In this document: in pieces, positions 11,701 through 24,395 of the stretch
How the letters are laid out: each line of letters begins with the position of its first letter
Position numbering within the stretch: the stretch's first letter is position 1
NCBI GenBank assembly: GCA_964016885.1
Contig: OZ024762.1
Span: forward strand, 12,400,001-12,464,000
Length of the DNA: 64,000 nt
Origin: Eledone cirrhosa
Taxonomy: Eukaryota
Direction of reading: 5' to 3'
Made by a program: the position numbers and the translations under genes
Notes under the pieces: model-generated
Database searches by the model: none
The model's input: the letters and a program-made list of their open reading frames with translations, nothing else
Told to the model about the DNA's origin: nothing

Positions 11701-14700
11701 AATTCCAACCCGCCCGTCCACTCAATCTATCTTATTTCTCATTCTTTCTTCTGATGAAGGACTAGCGTCTGAAACGTTAAGACCCTCTTCCTGCTATATC
11801 AAGTATTAACCTAATATATTACTTCCATATACTGTACCGATTGTGTTGTTATTTCTGTTTACCTCTTACATATATATATAAGAGGGATAAGTTGTGGTGT
11901 GCAGGAGAGAAAGCTGAGATGGTGTGGGCATGTGATGCGCATGGAGGATGACCGCTGGGTAGAGAAGTACCAAGAAATCCCAGTAGAAGGAAGACGCCAC
12001 AGAGGTAGACCACGAAAAACATGGGCGGAGGTAGTGAGAGCAGACCTCAGATTGCTGAAACTCACCGAAGAGATCACGAAGGACCGTGACAAGTGGATAG
12101 ATGCTGTGCTGAATAGGACCCATCCAACCCTTGCAAGCAGGGAAAAGAGGACGTAAAATGATGAGGATGATATATACTTACCCAGGGTTCCCATGCCATA
12201 AGAACGAGCTGGCTTCAAGTCTTTCTCAGCCCGGGCAAATTTGGCAGCTGATACCATCTTCATGGATTTTGTGATCTTTTGAATATTGCTGACAGATTTC
12301 AGTCGGATACGAACTGAAAAAGAAACAGTTCAATATTGGTATGATTATTATTATTACTAGACGAGGTGATGTCTTCTCCATATTTACCCTACCAGGGGTT
12401 GATAAAATAAAGTACCAGTCAAATACTGGGGGTCAATATAATTAAGTTTAGACATGCCCCAAATTGTTGGCCTTTACTTTAACCCTTTAGCATGTAAACT
12501 GGCCATATCCGGCCAGAATTTTCTCACCTCATTCTGTTTAAACCAGCCATAACCGGCCACTTTTACCAATGTTAAGGTATTTTTCTCAAAATAAATAATA
12601 TCAAAATCTCATAGAGTCGATATTATGTGAGGTAAAGCCTTTACTGTGAAAATACAATAGTATATATAGAGTAATGTAAATGTTATGTGAGATATTATGT
12701 GAGGTAAATATTATGTGAGGTAAAGCTTTTACTGTGAAAATACAATAGTATATATAGAGTAATGTAAATGTTATGTGAGATATTATGTGAGGTAAAGCCT
12801 TTACTGTGAAAATACAATAGTATATATAGAGTAATGTAAATGTTATGTGAGATATTATGTGAGGTAAAGCCTTTACTGTGAAAATACAATAGTATATATA
12901 GAGTAATGTAAATGTTATGTGAGATATTATGTGAGGTAAAGCCTTTACTGTGAAAATACAATAGTATATATAGAGTAATGTAAATGTTATGTGAGATATT
13001 ATGTGAGGTAAAGCCTTTACTGTGAAAATACAATAGTATATATAGAGTAATGTAAATGTTATGTGAGATATTATGTGAGGTAAAGCCTTTACTGTGAAAA
13101 TACAATAGTATATATAGAGTAATGTAAATGTTATGTGAGATATTATGTGAGGTAAAGCCTTTACTGTGAAAATACAATAGTATATATAGAGTAATGTAAA
13201 TGTTATGTGAGATATTATGTGAGGTAAAGCCTTTACTGTGAAAATACAATAGTATATATAGAGTAATGTAAATGTTATGTGAGATATTATGTGAGGTAAA
13301 GCCTTTACTGTGAAAATACAATAGTATATATAGAGTAATGTAAATGTTATGCGAGATATTATGTAAGGTAAAGCCTTTACTGTGAAAATACAATAGTATA
13401 TATAGAGTAATGTAAATGTTATGTGAGATATTATGTGAGGTAAAGCCTTTACTGTGAAAATACAATAGTATATATAGAGTAATGTAAATGCTAAAGGGTT
13501 AAATTAGAACTAATTATTACTATTATTAACAGTAATAGTAATTATTCGAGACACAGGTATGCAAGATGTCGGCCCCCTAACCCACAGGTATTGGGACAAT
13601 AGTTTCAATAAAGTCATGACATTGTCTGTGATAACCCAAGTAGACCACAGATTAGACTTTTTACTACTTGAATAAGAGTCAAAGAAGTTAAGGGGACTAA
13701 TTATAGCCACCACATCCTCATACTTACTATCCTTCAAGGTGGCCATTCCCCGTGTCTGCACACTGAAAAATACAAAAACAGCAGAAATTTACAAAATGTC
13801 CACCTCCAGACATGTGTGTGTGTATATGGACCCATAACTCCTGCTGGAGCCACTAGGACACTTTAAACTCAGGATTGATTACTCATTCTCAGTCATCAAC
13901 ATCCCACATATATATGTATATATATATATATATATAGGAATGAGTAGGACCCTGACGACAGAGCTTAAGCCGTTTCGACGGCTAATTCTGGACTGAATTA
14001 GCCGTCGGGGTCCTACTCGTTCCTATTACCCACTCTACTACTCTAAGTATTGAGTACTTTGGTGCGTTATGGTCCACCAGGATCCTTACCACATTTCCTT
14101 CATTATATATATATATATATATATATATCATCATCATTTCATTTTACGTCCACTTTTCCCTGCTTGCAAGGGTGGGACGGGAACTGATTATATATATATA
14201 TACTGAAAGTACAGTAGCTAGAGTCAGAACGGGATGGAAAAAAGTTCAAAGAGCTTATACCACTATTGGCCGCTAAAGGTTTCTCTCTAAAAATGAAAGG
14301 CAGACGGTATGATGCCTGCATACGAACAGCAATGTTACATGGCAGTGAGACTTGGGCATTGTGTGCAGAGGATCTATGCAGACTGAAGAGGAACGAAGCT
14401 TGCATGCTCCGTTGGATGTGTAATAGAAATATACGTGAACAGCAAAGCATAAATGAACTAAGGGAGAAATTAGGAATAAGAGGGATCAGATGTTGTTTAC
14501 TCGAGAGAAGACTACGTTGGTACGGTCACGTGATGCACATGAAAGACGACAGCTGTAAAAATAGACGGTAGCCACGGAGTAGGCAGACCCAGAAAAACCT
14601 GGGACGACTTGATAAATTCCGACCTCACACACTTACACCTCTCCAAGACAATGTCACTGGACCGAGATCTTTGGCGCTACACGGTAATACAGAAGACCCG

Positions 14701-15929
14701 CCTTGCCTAAGTACAAAGCGAACCCTACAGTCAGTGGGCACCTCTTAACAAAAATACACCCCCACCCCATCCACACCAACCCTTTCGATGGTACCACAAC
14801 ATCCAGTCCGAAATAATGGAGGTCGTGTAGGTGTCATGACAAAAAAACACACAGTCCACGCTGTAATGTAGCCGTGTAACACGGTAAAAACCTCCCAGTC
14901 CACACTGTAAACGTGGTTGGTGTTAGGAAGGGCATCCAGCCGTAGAAAGCCCGCCAGACAGTCCTATACGAGCAAGACAACCAATCTTGCCTCAAGTGGG
15001 AAAATTCACGTCCAAACCCATGCTAGCGTGGAAGATGGACCTTAAACGATGATGATGATATATATTTAATTAGAAAGTGAACAACACAAAATATTACTCC
15101 ATTACCAAAGGTTTCTGGGTCCCAGACTATATTAATATATGTCTGGATCGGTCATCAGACAGAGAAAGCTTTGGTAATGGAGTAGTTATATTTGGTGTTG
15201 TTTTACTTTCTAATTAAATAGCTCTGTTCTATACATAGAACACTCTTTTTTCCTTTGTTTTTTCTTCGGAATTACCTAACATATATATATATATATATTT
15301 ACAGCACTCACTGTAAATGTGGCTGGTGTTAGGAAGGGATATATATATATTTAGTAATAGTAACATCCAGTTACTGTAGGTTCACTAGAGTGAGCACTCA
15401 TACATAGTTTCCAGTAGGTATATTGGTGTTGTACTAAGTATAGTGTAATAATAATAATAATTGTTTCTACTTTTTGGCACAAGGCCAGCAATTACCCAGT
15501 ACATTACTGGTACTTTATTTTATCGACCCCGTAAGGATGAAAAGCAAAGTTAACTTCGGCGAGATTTGTAATGGACGAGGTATTAGATCTTCATTACATT
15601 TATTGAGGTGTGACACACGTTTCGCTATTGATCAGCTCATGGCTGATAAAGCTATATACATGGTGTCCTAAAAAATGTATACACACTTCAACAGCATTGT
15701 AATAAATATTACCTGTACAGGTAATCAAAGTGTGTATACATTTTTGGGGGACACCCTGTATATATTTTGTTGTCTAACTATACATCAGCAGGTGCACACG
15801 GAACTTATAAACACCATGAGTATATATATCTCTCTCTATATATATACAGGGTGTCCTCCAAAAATGTATACACAGATTGATCACCTGTACAGGCAATATT
15901 TATTAGAATTGAGTTGAAGTGTGTGTGTG

Positions 15930-15969
<40 letters not shown>

Positions 15970-16310
15970 CATAGTGGCTTAGTGGTTAGAGCATTGGCCT
16001 TGCAATCGAAAGGTTGTGAGCTCAATCCTCAGACCGGGTGATGTGTTGTTTCCAAGACACTTTATTTCACATTGCTCCAGTTTACTCAGCTGTAGAAATG
16101 AGGTGATATGACTGGGGTCCATATCATTCGACTGCAAAGTGGTCGTGGAGGTTGGTGTTAGGAAGGGCATCCAGTTGTAGAAATCAAGCCAGAATCAGTT
16201 CCTGTCCCACCCTTGCAAGCAGGAAAAAGCGGACGTAAAATGATGATGATATATACACACACAATCCTTATCGAGTCCTCTTCGGATTTTGGTCTTCGTA
16301 ATTACTATTG

Positions 16311-16343
<33 letters not shown>

Positions 16344-17334
16344 CAAAAGGGATATTCAATTTGTTGGTAACTGTTTATAACTGATTCAGAGCACTCGACA
16401 AGTTTTCTGGAGTATAATATCAATGATATTAAATAAATGGAAACTATATTTATAAAACCATATTTATTTTATTATATATATTTCAAGGGTACCAAAACTT
16501 TGGTACGCTCTCACCAGATAAAATACAAAGTTTGTTTTATAAATGTTGACACCACCAAGAAAAGATACCTTAACTGTTCAAGTGAAAATAGGTGTAGCTT
16601 TCGTTAAGTAAAATCTGCCCATTTGGCTTTTTAGAGGTTGGCAGGTCTGATATATATAATTTAAAAAAAGTATATATAAAAACCCGTACAGCAAATATTT
16701 ATTATTAGTACAGATTAAAGTTTAAGCAAAGAATTTCTGCTTTCACCCTACTACGGGATCTTATATATATATATATATATAATGTATATATATACATTAT
16801 ATACACACGCGTATTCAGTTTAACTTCTAGAGGTCGGTAGGTGACAAGAAAACACCGACAAAATCATAGAAAGATTCAATACAATATATACACATTATAT
16901 ATATACATTACACAGGTAGAACCCGGTAGACAGGTGATGTTTAATAGGTTTTAACACCTGAATTATTCTGGATGCAACACCAACAGCTGACCTTGTGCCC
17001 TTGTGTGTTACACAAGTACTAACAGGTTTTCTATAAATTGCCATTTTAAAAACACCACAAAATAAATATACACATGTATATATTTATATGTGTGTGTATA
17101 TATATACAAAAACAGCTGCAACACATATATTACAGTAGATATAATGTAAGATCGATGTGGGTATGGTGAAAAATGTGATAGAGGACATTTAAAAGTCGGT
17201 GCTCGAGAAAGACAGATAAAAATAACGAGATAGAAAGACATTTAAAAATGGTGGTCGTCTTTATATATTGTATAAAGGTTAAATAATATTACTGACCATT
17301 GTGGTGTGAATATTTGCACGGAACGACAGAACAT
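8603..17334 (-). CDS. ATP5F1C: Mitochondrial ATP synthase F1 subunit gamma, 7 coding exons, ~290 aa
   Basis: Join 17334-17297, 13762-13728, 12313-12182, 10884-10683, 10038-9895, 9304-9084, 8703-8603 (873 nt, all GT-AG, phases consistent). Motifs: [82 protein letters not shown]. Confidence 0.97.
9084..9304 (-). CDS. ATP5F1C: ATP synthase gamma exon 6
   Basis: cttgcag| [16 protein letters not shown]...[17 protein letters not shown] |gtaagt. Confidence 0.95.
9895..10038 (-). CDS. ATP5F1C: ATP synthase gamma exon 5
   Basis: tttccag| [47 protein letters not shown] |gtaagt. Confidence 0.95.
10395..10665. repeat. ~48-bp degenerate tandem repeat
   Basis: About 5-6 copies of cagcaccagcattacaagtttacagagtgtactgggtgtattttatca. 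Confidence 0.7.
10683..10884 (-). CDS. ATP5F1C: ATP synthase gamma exon 4
   Basis: ttttctag| [37 protein letters not shown]...[13 protein letters not shown] |gtgaga. Confidence 0.95.
11747..11782 (+). ncRNA. Minimal type I hammerhead ribozyme motif inside a 218-bp partial tandem unit
   Basis: TCTT CTGATGA AGG-actagcg-TCT GAAACGTT AAGA, with palindromic helix III AACGTT; ~49-bp direct repeats at 11594 and 11812. Confidence 0.55.
11890..12170 (+). mobile_element. RTE-clade LINE 3' fragment
   Basis: [17 protein letters not shown]...GRPRKTW; same family as 4751-5070; ends ~10 nt from the exon 3 donor. Confidence 0.8.
12182..12313 (-). CDS. ATP5F1C: ATP synthase gamma exon 3
   Basis: ttttcag| [43 protein letters not shown] |gtaagt. 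Confidence 0.96.
12483..13498. mobile_element. piggyBac-like MITE with an amplified 72-bp internal tandem repeat
   Basis: TTAA|CCCTTTAGCAT ... ATGCTAAAGGG|TTAA; ~12 copies of a 72-bp unit at 12620-13490; unexpanded relative at 46647-46874. Confidence 0.85.
13728..13762 (-). CDS. ATP5F1C: ATP synthase gamma exon 2
   Basis: tttttcag| (C)[11 protein letters not shown](I) |gtaagt; 35 nt spanning the presequence/mature boundary. Confidence 0.93.
14203..14710 (+). mobile_element. RTE-clade LINE 3' fragment (frameshifted)
   Basis: [20 protein letters not shown]...[12 protein letters not shown]; close paralog at 45650-46210. Confidence 0.85.
15097..15164 (-). ncRNA. Type I hammerhead ribozyme motif, sense within ATP5F1C intron 1
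   Basis: Minus: CTCTGT CTGATGA ccgaTCCAGAC-loop-GTCTGGGaccca GAAACC TTT GGTA ATGGAG; GUA triplet; helix I CTCTGT/ATGGAG with G:U pairs. Confidence 0.6.
15659..15758. mobile_element. Tc1/mariner-type MITE (TA target)
   Basis: TA|CA(G/T)GGTGTCC..AAAAATGTATACAC ... GTGTATACATTTTTGGGGGACACCCTG|TA. Other copies: 27682-27756, 52709-52809, 58063-58269; partial ones near 5922, 15847, 17546, 17776, 57949. Confidence 0.8.
15970..16110 (+). mobile_element. tRNA-derived SINE with CORE-like domain
   Basis: A box TGGCTTAGTGG, B-box-like GAGCTCAATCC, then CAAGACACTTTATTTCAC...CTCAGCTGTAGAAATG. Relatives near 18731, 32160-32545 and 56905. Confidence 0.65.
17297..17334 (-). CDS. ATP5F1C: ATP synthase gamma exon 1 (mitochondrial presequence)
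   Basis: ATG at 17334, [14 protein letters not shown]|gtcagt; joins exon 2 in phase; acid-free presequence; adjacent to a GC/CpG-rich patch. Confidence 0.82.
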
Positions 17335-17500
17335 GACTTTATAACCTTGACTTGGTTCTCGGTCTGTATTTCTTTGATCAAAGAAGGTAGCTGCTGCCTG
17401 ATGAGGTCCGCGCCGCCGCTATAGTCCCGCACCAAAGAAAAAACACACACTTCCGCTATCTGAAAAAATCTTCACCTCCGCCTTTCTTTTCACTCCGCAC
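17335..17500 (-). promoter_or_regulatory. Probable ATP5F1C 5'UTR/promoter
   Basis: Local CpG-rich patch (ccgcgccgccgc) in an AT-rich background; ETS-type ACTTCCG at 17449-17455. Confidence 0.5.
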
Positions 17501-17880
17501 TAAATTTAGAATTCATTAAGAGAAAACAAAAAAAATATATATATACAAGGTGTCCCAAAACAATGTATACACATTTCAACAGCATTCTAATAAATATGTG
17601 TATACATTTTTGGGGAACGCACTATATAATATATATTATGAAATATCGTTGGCTTCTTGCTCACAATAATTTCTATATTTTCATTTATAAATATATATAT
17701 AAATGAAAAGTATAGAAATTATTGTGAGCGTGAAGCCAACAGTATTTCATAATATATAAGTGACTATATATATATACAGGGTGTCCCAAAACAATGTATA
17801 CACACTTAAACAGCATTCTAATAAATGTGTATACATTTTTATGGGATAGTAAATATATACCGAATTTTATTTATTTATAA

Positions 17881-18070
17881 TAATTGTTTCTACTTTAGGC
17901 ACAAGGCCAGCAATTACCCAGTGCATTACTGGTACTTTATTTTATCGACCCCGTAAGGATGAAAGGCAAAGTCAACCTCGGCGGGATTTGAACTCAGATC
18001 GTAAAGGGACGTAACTATGCTGGAAAGCATGGCGTCCGACCCTCTACCGATACTGCCAATCCACCACCCT
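17881..18070 (-). mobile_element. tRNA-derived SINE (Meta/Sauria-like central domain), full length
   Basis: Near-identical inverted match to 59611-59800; GCCTTTCATCCTTACGGGGTCGATAAAATAAAGTACC core; fragments near 5700, 15460, 22615, 22890, 26205, 33645, 41990, 47435, 57600. Confidence 0.75.
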
Positions 18071-18902
18071 TCTTTATTTATAATAATAATAATTTTTATG
18101 TTTTTTTAAAATAACGAATTAAAATACTACGGATGTGGTATCCGATACTGAGCGACATCATTATCTTGAGCAAGACATTTTATTTCACGTTGCTCTCTTT
18201 CTGCCAGGAATTGCCACCGGTAGAGAGTATCGCAAATGGCAGAAGCTGTAATTCTAAGGGGAGACCACATTATATCATGCTGAATCTTGCTGAGAATGAC
18301 CTCAAGGGTACTCACATGTCTATAGAAAGCTCAGCTATTTACACTAATGTATATGATGGATGGACTTCATTTCAGCTGTAATTCGAAGAACCAGCCATGT
18401 CACACACTGTGACATACTGAATCTCCGTGAGAAATACGTTAAGGGAACACGTGTCTGTGGAATGCTCAGCCACTTACATGTTCAATCCACTAGCAGGCAG
18501 TTCCGTTGTTTCAACACTCGTTGTCATTAGAACTGACAGAGATCCAGCGAACCGTAACAATCTTTAAAAGTTATCTCCCTTACACAAATCTACGTGCGTG
18601 TGTATATATATATATATATGTGTGTGTATATATACATATATATGTGTGTGTGTGTGTGTATATATATACATATTTGTATATTTGTGTGTGTGTGGATGGG
18701 TGTATATATATATATATATGTATGTGAAGGTGGGTGGCTGAGTGGTTAGAGAATTAGATTCGGAATCGTGAGGTTGCGAGTTCGATTCCCGGACCGGGCT
18801 ATGAATTATGTCTTTGAACAAGACATTTTATTTCATGCTGCTCCTTATAGACCGATAGAGAGTATTACAGTGAATAAATGCTTTGAATATAGCTTTGATT
18901 CT

Positions 18903-19053
<151 letters not shown>

Positions 19054-19074
19054 CACTGGAAGGTAATATCCGTA

Positions 19075-19196
19075 GTGGTAGAGCACTCAGTCAATGGGGC
19101 GAGTTAGGTAGTAGTGGTAACACAACAGTTATTTCACCATACCGAAACAATTGTTTCACCTTATCGGATCTTCAGTCCGCTTCCGCTCGGGTGAGT
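19075..19196 (+). promoter_or_regulatory. Candidate non-coding first exon of the IRAK4-like gene
   Basis: Unique, CpG-containing stretch (CTTCCG motif) ending in CGG|GTGAGT at 19190/19191, divergent from ATP5F1C. Confidence 0.35.
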
Positions 19197-19845
19197 TGTG
19201 GTGGTGGTGGCGGAGAAGGTGGGTAGGGGCTGGTGATGAGTTGTTATGAGGATGGTGATGGTGACGCATTGTGGTGATGGTGGTGATGGTAGGGGTGATG
19301 ATGGTGAGTTGTGGTGGTGGTGGTGGTAATGGTGGGTAGGGGTCGGTGGTGGTGGTGGTGGTAATTCGTGATGATGGTGGTGGTGACGGAGGTAGTGTTG
19401 ACAATGATAATGAGATGATGGTGACGATGTTGATGGTGATGTTGGAGGCGGCCGCGGCGGGGGAGTGGTGGTGATGGTGATGGTCATGAAATTAGTATTG
19501 GTGGTGATGGTGGCGATAAGGATGATGATAGAAGGGGGGGAGTGATGATGGTGATGGCGGAGCGGTGTTGATGGTGGTGTGGTGGCGGTGTTGATGGTGG
19601 TGTTGGTGGCGATAATGATGATGATGGGGGAGGGGGGAGATGATGGGCGGATAATGATGGTGATGGCGGTGTGGTGTTGATGGTGGCGTTGTGGTGATGG
19701 TGGTGTTGTGTTGGTGGCGGTGTGGTGATGGCGGTGTAGTGTTGGTGGCGGTGTAGTGTTGGTGGCGGTTTGGTGATGGCGGTGTAGTGTTGGTGGCGGT
19801 GTGGTGATGGGGGTGTGGTGTTGGTGGTGGTGTGGTGTTGGTGGA
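19197..19845. repeat. (GGT/GAT)-rich low-complexity tract
   Basis: Degenerate trinucleotide repeats. Confidence 0.8.
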
Positions 19846-20038
19846 GAGAGAGACAACTTCCCAACCCTAAAAAGCCTGTGTAATGACAATATTCTGATAA
19901 GAAAGGAAAGAAGGGTGGAGTGGGGGTTATAATGTTATCGTTTCAGAAATATTTGTGTGTGTGTGTGTGTGTGCGTGTCTGTGTGTGTGTCTGTGTGTGT
20001 GTTTGTCTGTGTGTGTGTGAAAAGATTCAGAATCTTTT

Positions 20039-20076
<38 letters not shown>

Positions 20077-20088
20077 CTTTATAGATTA

Positions 20089-20137
<49 letters not shown>

Positions 20138-20220
20138 AAGTTTTATTTAAATTGTTGGGTTACAACGAGTAAATATTTATAACTGATATAAAAGTACTCA
20201 ACAAGTATTTATTTAATATC

Positions 20221-20259
<39 letters not shown>

Positions 20260-20582
20260 GATAAATCTACCAAGAGTTTACGGTAGTGTCCAATCCGTAT
20301 GAAGAACTCATATATATATATATAAACATAAGCAATGAATTATTTAATTTGTTGGTTATTCAACAAATTTATTTATAGCAGATTCGAACCACTCTACAAG
20401 TTTTCTGGAGTATAATATCAATAATATTAATAAATGGAAACTATATTTATAAAACCATATTTATTTTATTATATATATTTCAATGGTACCAAAATTTTGG
20501 ATGCCCTTGAAATATATATAATAAAATAAATATGGTTATATAAATATAGTTTCCATTTATACATATGTGTGTATATATATAT

Positions 20583-20622
<40 letters not shown>

Positions 20623-20664
20623 GATATCCATCTATTTATGTGTGTACGTATGTATATGTATGTG

Positions 20665-20780
<116 letters not shown>

Positions 20781-20863
20781 GGAGGTGAGTTTAATTGTAG
20801 TACAATAAAGCAATGCAGATATCGGATAAGAAGCCCTCTACAGTTTGTAGGACTGGAGTATGC

Positions 20864-21080
20864 ATAATATAAGATCAAAAGATGGTTAAAGGAGTTCCAT
20901 GTATTTTATTATGCGCATTTCAAAAACAAACATCATCATGCAATAATATTTGTGTTTTCATCAGATAATCATGTTCTCCTGTTTTATCTGATGAAAACAC
21001 AAATATTATTGCATGATGATGTTTGTTTTTGAAATGCGCATAATAAAATACATGGAACTCCTTTAACCATCTTTTGATCT

Positions 21081-21088
<8 letters not shown>
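20864..21088. ncRNA. Inverted pair of minimal hammerheads (family B): 20904-20968 minus, 20982-21048 plus
   Basis: Plus: TTTTAT CTGATGA AAAC...GTTTTT GAAA TGCGCA TA ATAAAA; 105-bp arms at 20864-20968 and 20984-21088. Confidence 0.7.
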
Positions 21089-21138
<50 letters not shown>

Positions 21139-21219
21139 GTTATTCCGGGTTGAATCGGAGGTAACCACAGTAAGTAAGGTACTCAATACATTGCAGAGTA
21201 TAAAAGTTTTAATATAGAT

Positions 21220-21340
21220 GAGATTCTACAGGACTAGAACTGTTTCATTCTTTAGAAATCATCAGGAATCTCTTTAGAAATCATCAGGAGATTCCTGATG
21301 ATTTCTAAAGAATGAAACAGTTCTAGTCCTGTAAAATCTC
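21220..21340. ncRNA. Inverted pair of type I hammerheads (family A): 21220-21272 minus, 21288-21340 plus
   Basis: Minus copy: GAGATTC CTGATGA TTTC TAAA GAAT GAAA CAG TTCTAGTC CTG TA GAATCTC; 7-bp helix I and GUA triplet. Confidence 0.75.
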
Positions 21341-21341
21341 A

Positions 21342-21760
<419 letters not shown>

Positions 21761-21858
21761 TAAATATACTCCAAATATTTGTCGAGTGCTTTTATATCAG
21801 TTATAAATATTTACTAGTTGTAACCCAACAATTTTAAATATAACTTTACATGTATATG

Positions 21859-21984
<126 letters not shown>

Positions 21985-23360
21985 CATACATATACATACG
22001 TACACACATAAATAGATGGATATCAACACACACACACACATATATATAAATATTTATTTCCGTGTATGGTATTTTGTATCTTACGTCATTCATTTTCCTT
22101 CCAACCACAGAAAGTACAAATCTTAACTGACTCTCCCAACTTTTCCACGAGTTAGTTCAACAGTTTATCCTCAGCAATACACTGCTTCACTCTGGCTGTG
22201 AAATCTTTATACCTCTATCTCTTCTCTCTACATATTTATTATATATTTTAACTCTTTGCTCCTTAAATTCCTTTCTATATCATTCAAAACAGACTTTATT
22301 TTAATATTTCCTCATATGGCGTGTTTAATGTTGTCGCAGGGAAAAGCATGAGTGTCACAAAACATCGGTTTTGTCTTTTCTGAAAAAAACAACAACAAAA
22401 ATGAACATCTTGGATTTTATGACCACGTAAGAAATTGTAGATTTTTTTCCCCATGTTTTATATCATGTGTTTATTATTGTTTTATATTATAATGTTATAC
22501 ATATTCCATATATATTATATAGATATTGTGTTTTATGTTATATATTATGGTTATTATTGTGGTTTATATAATTTAATACATATATCATGTTCTATATTAT
22601 ATATTGTGATTATCCCGCCGAGGTTAACTTTGCCTTTCATCTTTACAGGGCAATAAAATAAAGTACCAGTAATACACTAGACGTCGATTTAATTGACTTT
22701 CCATTCAAACACACCCCAAAATGTACCAAAATCAGAAACAATTATTGTTATCTATAATAATTCCATACATATAATCATGTTTTATATCATATAATGTCAA
22801 TATTGTTATATATAACTTTATAATGTTATACATAACTTTATAATGTTATACATTTATATATTGTCGTCAATATTGTTATATATAACTTTATAATTGTTTC
22901 TACTTTTGGCACAAGGCCAGCAAACATCCAGTACATTACTGGTACTTTATTTTATCGACCCCGTAAGGATGAAAGGCAAAGTTAACCTCAGCGGGATTCA
23001 AACGAGGTTTACTTTGCCTTTATATATAACTTTATAATGTATATTTATATATTGTCGTCAATATTGTTATATATAACTTTATAATGTTATATATTTATAT
23101 AATGTGTTATATATAACTTTAAATATTATGTTCATTGTTGGTCAATATTGTGTTATATATAATAATTGATGTTTTCCGTCGTGGTCTTTCATCTTTTAAA
23201 AAGGGATTGATAAAAATAAAGTATTTGTCAAGTACTTGAGGAGGGGAGAGGAGAGGGATTGATCGATATAATCTATGATTCGGTTTGTCCCTCACCCCAC
23301 CCCATTTCTCAAATTGCTGGCCTTGTACCTAGATTTGAAACCGTATATATATATATATTT

Positions 23361-23555
23361 CTAGGGCGGGTAAAATTCCCGAGATCCATGGACGAGTTCT
23401 CTCCAGCGGTCTCTGTCCCTCATTATCGCTGCCATATCCTGCATCTCCAACAGACCAGTGTCTGTCCTTAGGGCATCAACATATGTTAACCTTGGTCTTC
23501 CTCTTCTAGTGTGTCCATGCGGGGGCTCCCACAGGAGCACTGAGTGCAGTGTCAA
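23361..23555 (-). mobile_element. RTE-clade LINE 3' end fragment
   Basis: VLLWEPPHGHTRRGRPRLTYVDALRTDTG...MRDRDRWR. Confidence 0.75.
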
Positions 23556-23663
23556 CTCTGAATGTATGTTTATTGAGTGTGTGTATCCCGGGTTCATCGT
23601 GGGTAACCACAGTAAGTAAGGTACTCAATACGTAGAGTATATACAATATTTAATATAGAAATG

Positions 23664-23825
<162 letters not shown>

Positions 23826-24047
23826 GATAAATCTACCAAGAGTTTACGGTAGTGTCCAATCCGTATGAAGAACTCAATGTATTCCGGATATCATGGAAAG
23901 AAGAGATGTAATGAAAAATCACTTTCGGTGAAAGATAAACGGTATACAGAGTCAAGATAAAATATTAAACAAATAATGAATAAACAATTCCTTATATTAA
24001 ACAAAAAAAGTTCATTATTTAACGATCGTTTCTAGGATATATATGTG

Positions 24048-24193
24048 TTATTTCTGAAGACGGCGTATATATGTGTTGGTATGTATATTTAATCTTGATA
24101 ATTTGTATAATTTTGTATAATTTTGTACATAGATCTGTTGAATATGCATACCAATTCTAACACATATATATCCTAGAAACGATCGTTTAATAA
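24048..24193 (+). ncRNA. Hammerhead motif with long helix II (family D)
   Basis: TTATTT CTGAAGA [tatatatgtgtt ... aacacatatata] GAAACGATCGTT TAATAA, inside an inverted repeat at 23958-24250. Confidence 0.5.
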
Positions 24194-24242
24194 TGAACTT
24201 TTTTTGTTTAATATAAGGAATTGTTTATTCATTATTTGTTTA

Positions 24243-24290
<48 letters not shown>

Positions 24291-24331
24291 ATATATTAAT
24301 AAATGGAAACTATATTTATAAAACCATAATT

Positions 24332-24395
24332 ATTTTATTATATATATTTCAAGGGCGACCAAGGTAAATTATGGTGCGCTTTCATCAGATAAAAT
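24332..24395 (-). ncRNA. Hammerhead motif (family C)
   Basis: Minus: ATTTTAT CTGATGA AAGcgcacca...tggtcgcCCTT GAAA TATATA TA ATAAAAT; a core-mutated copy (CTGGTGA) is at 16466-16524. Confidence 0.65.

Noticed and set aside
12695-13465. 256-aa ORF with a 24-aa repeat
   Set aside because: Reading frame through the 72-bp array inside a TTAA MITE in an ATP5F1C intron.
17398-17440. CTGATGA...GAAA in the ATP5F1C promoter region
   Set aside because: No helix I or III pairing; chance match.
18731-18800. tRNA gene candidate with A and B boxes
   Set aside because: No clean acceptor stem, and it continues into the CORE-like SINE body; it is a SINE head.
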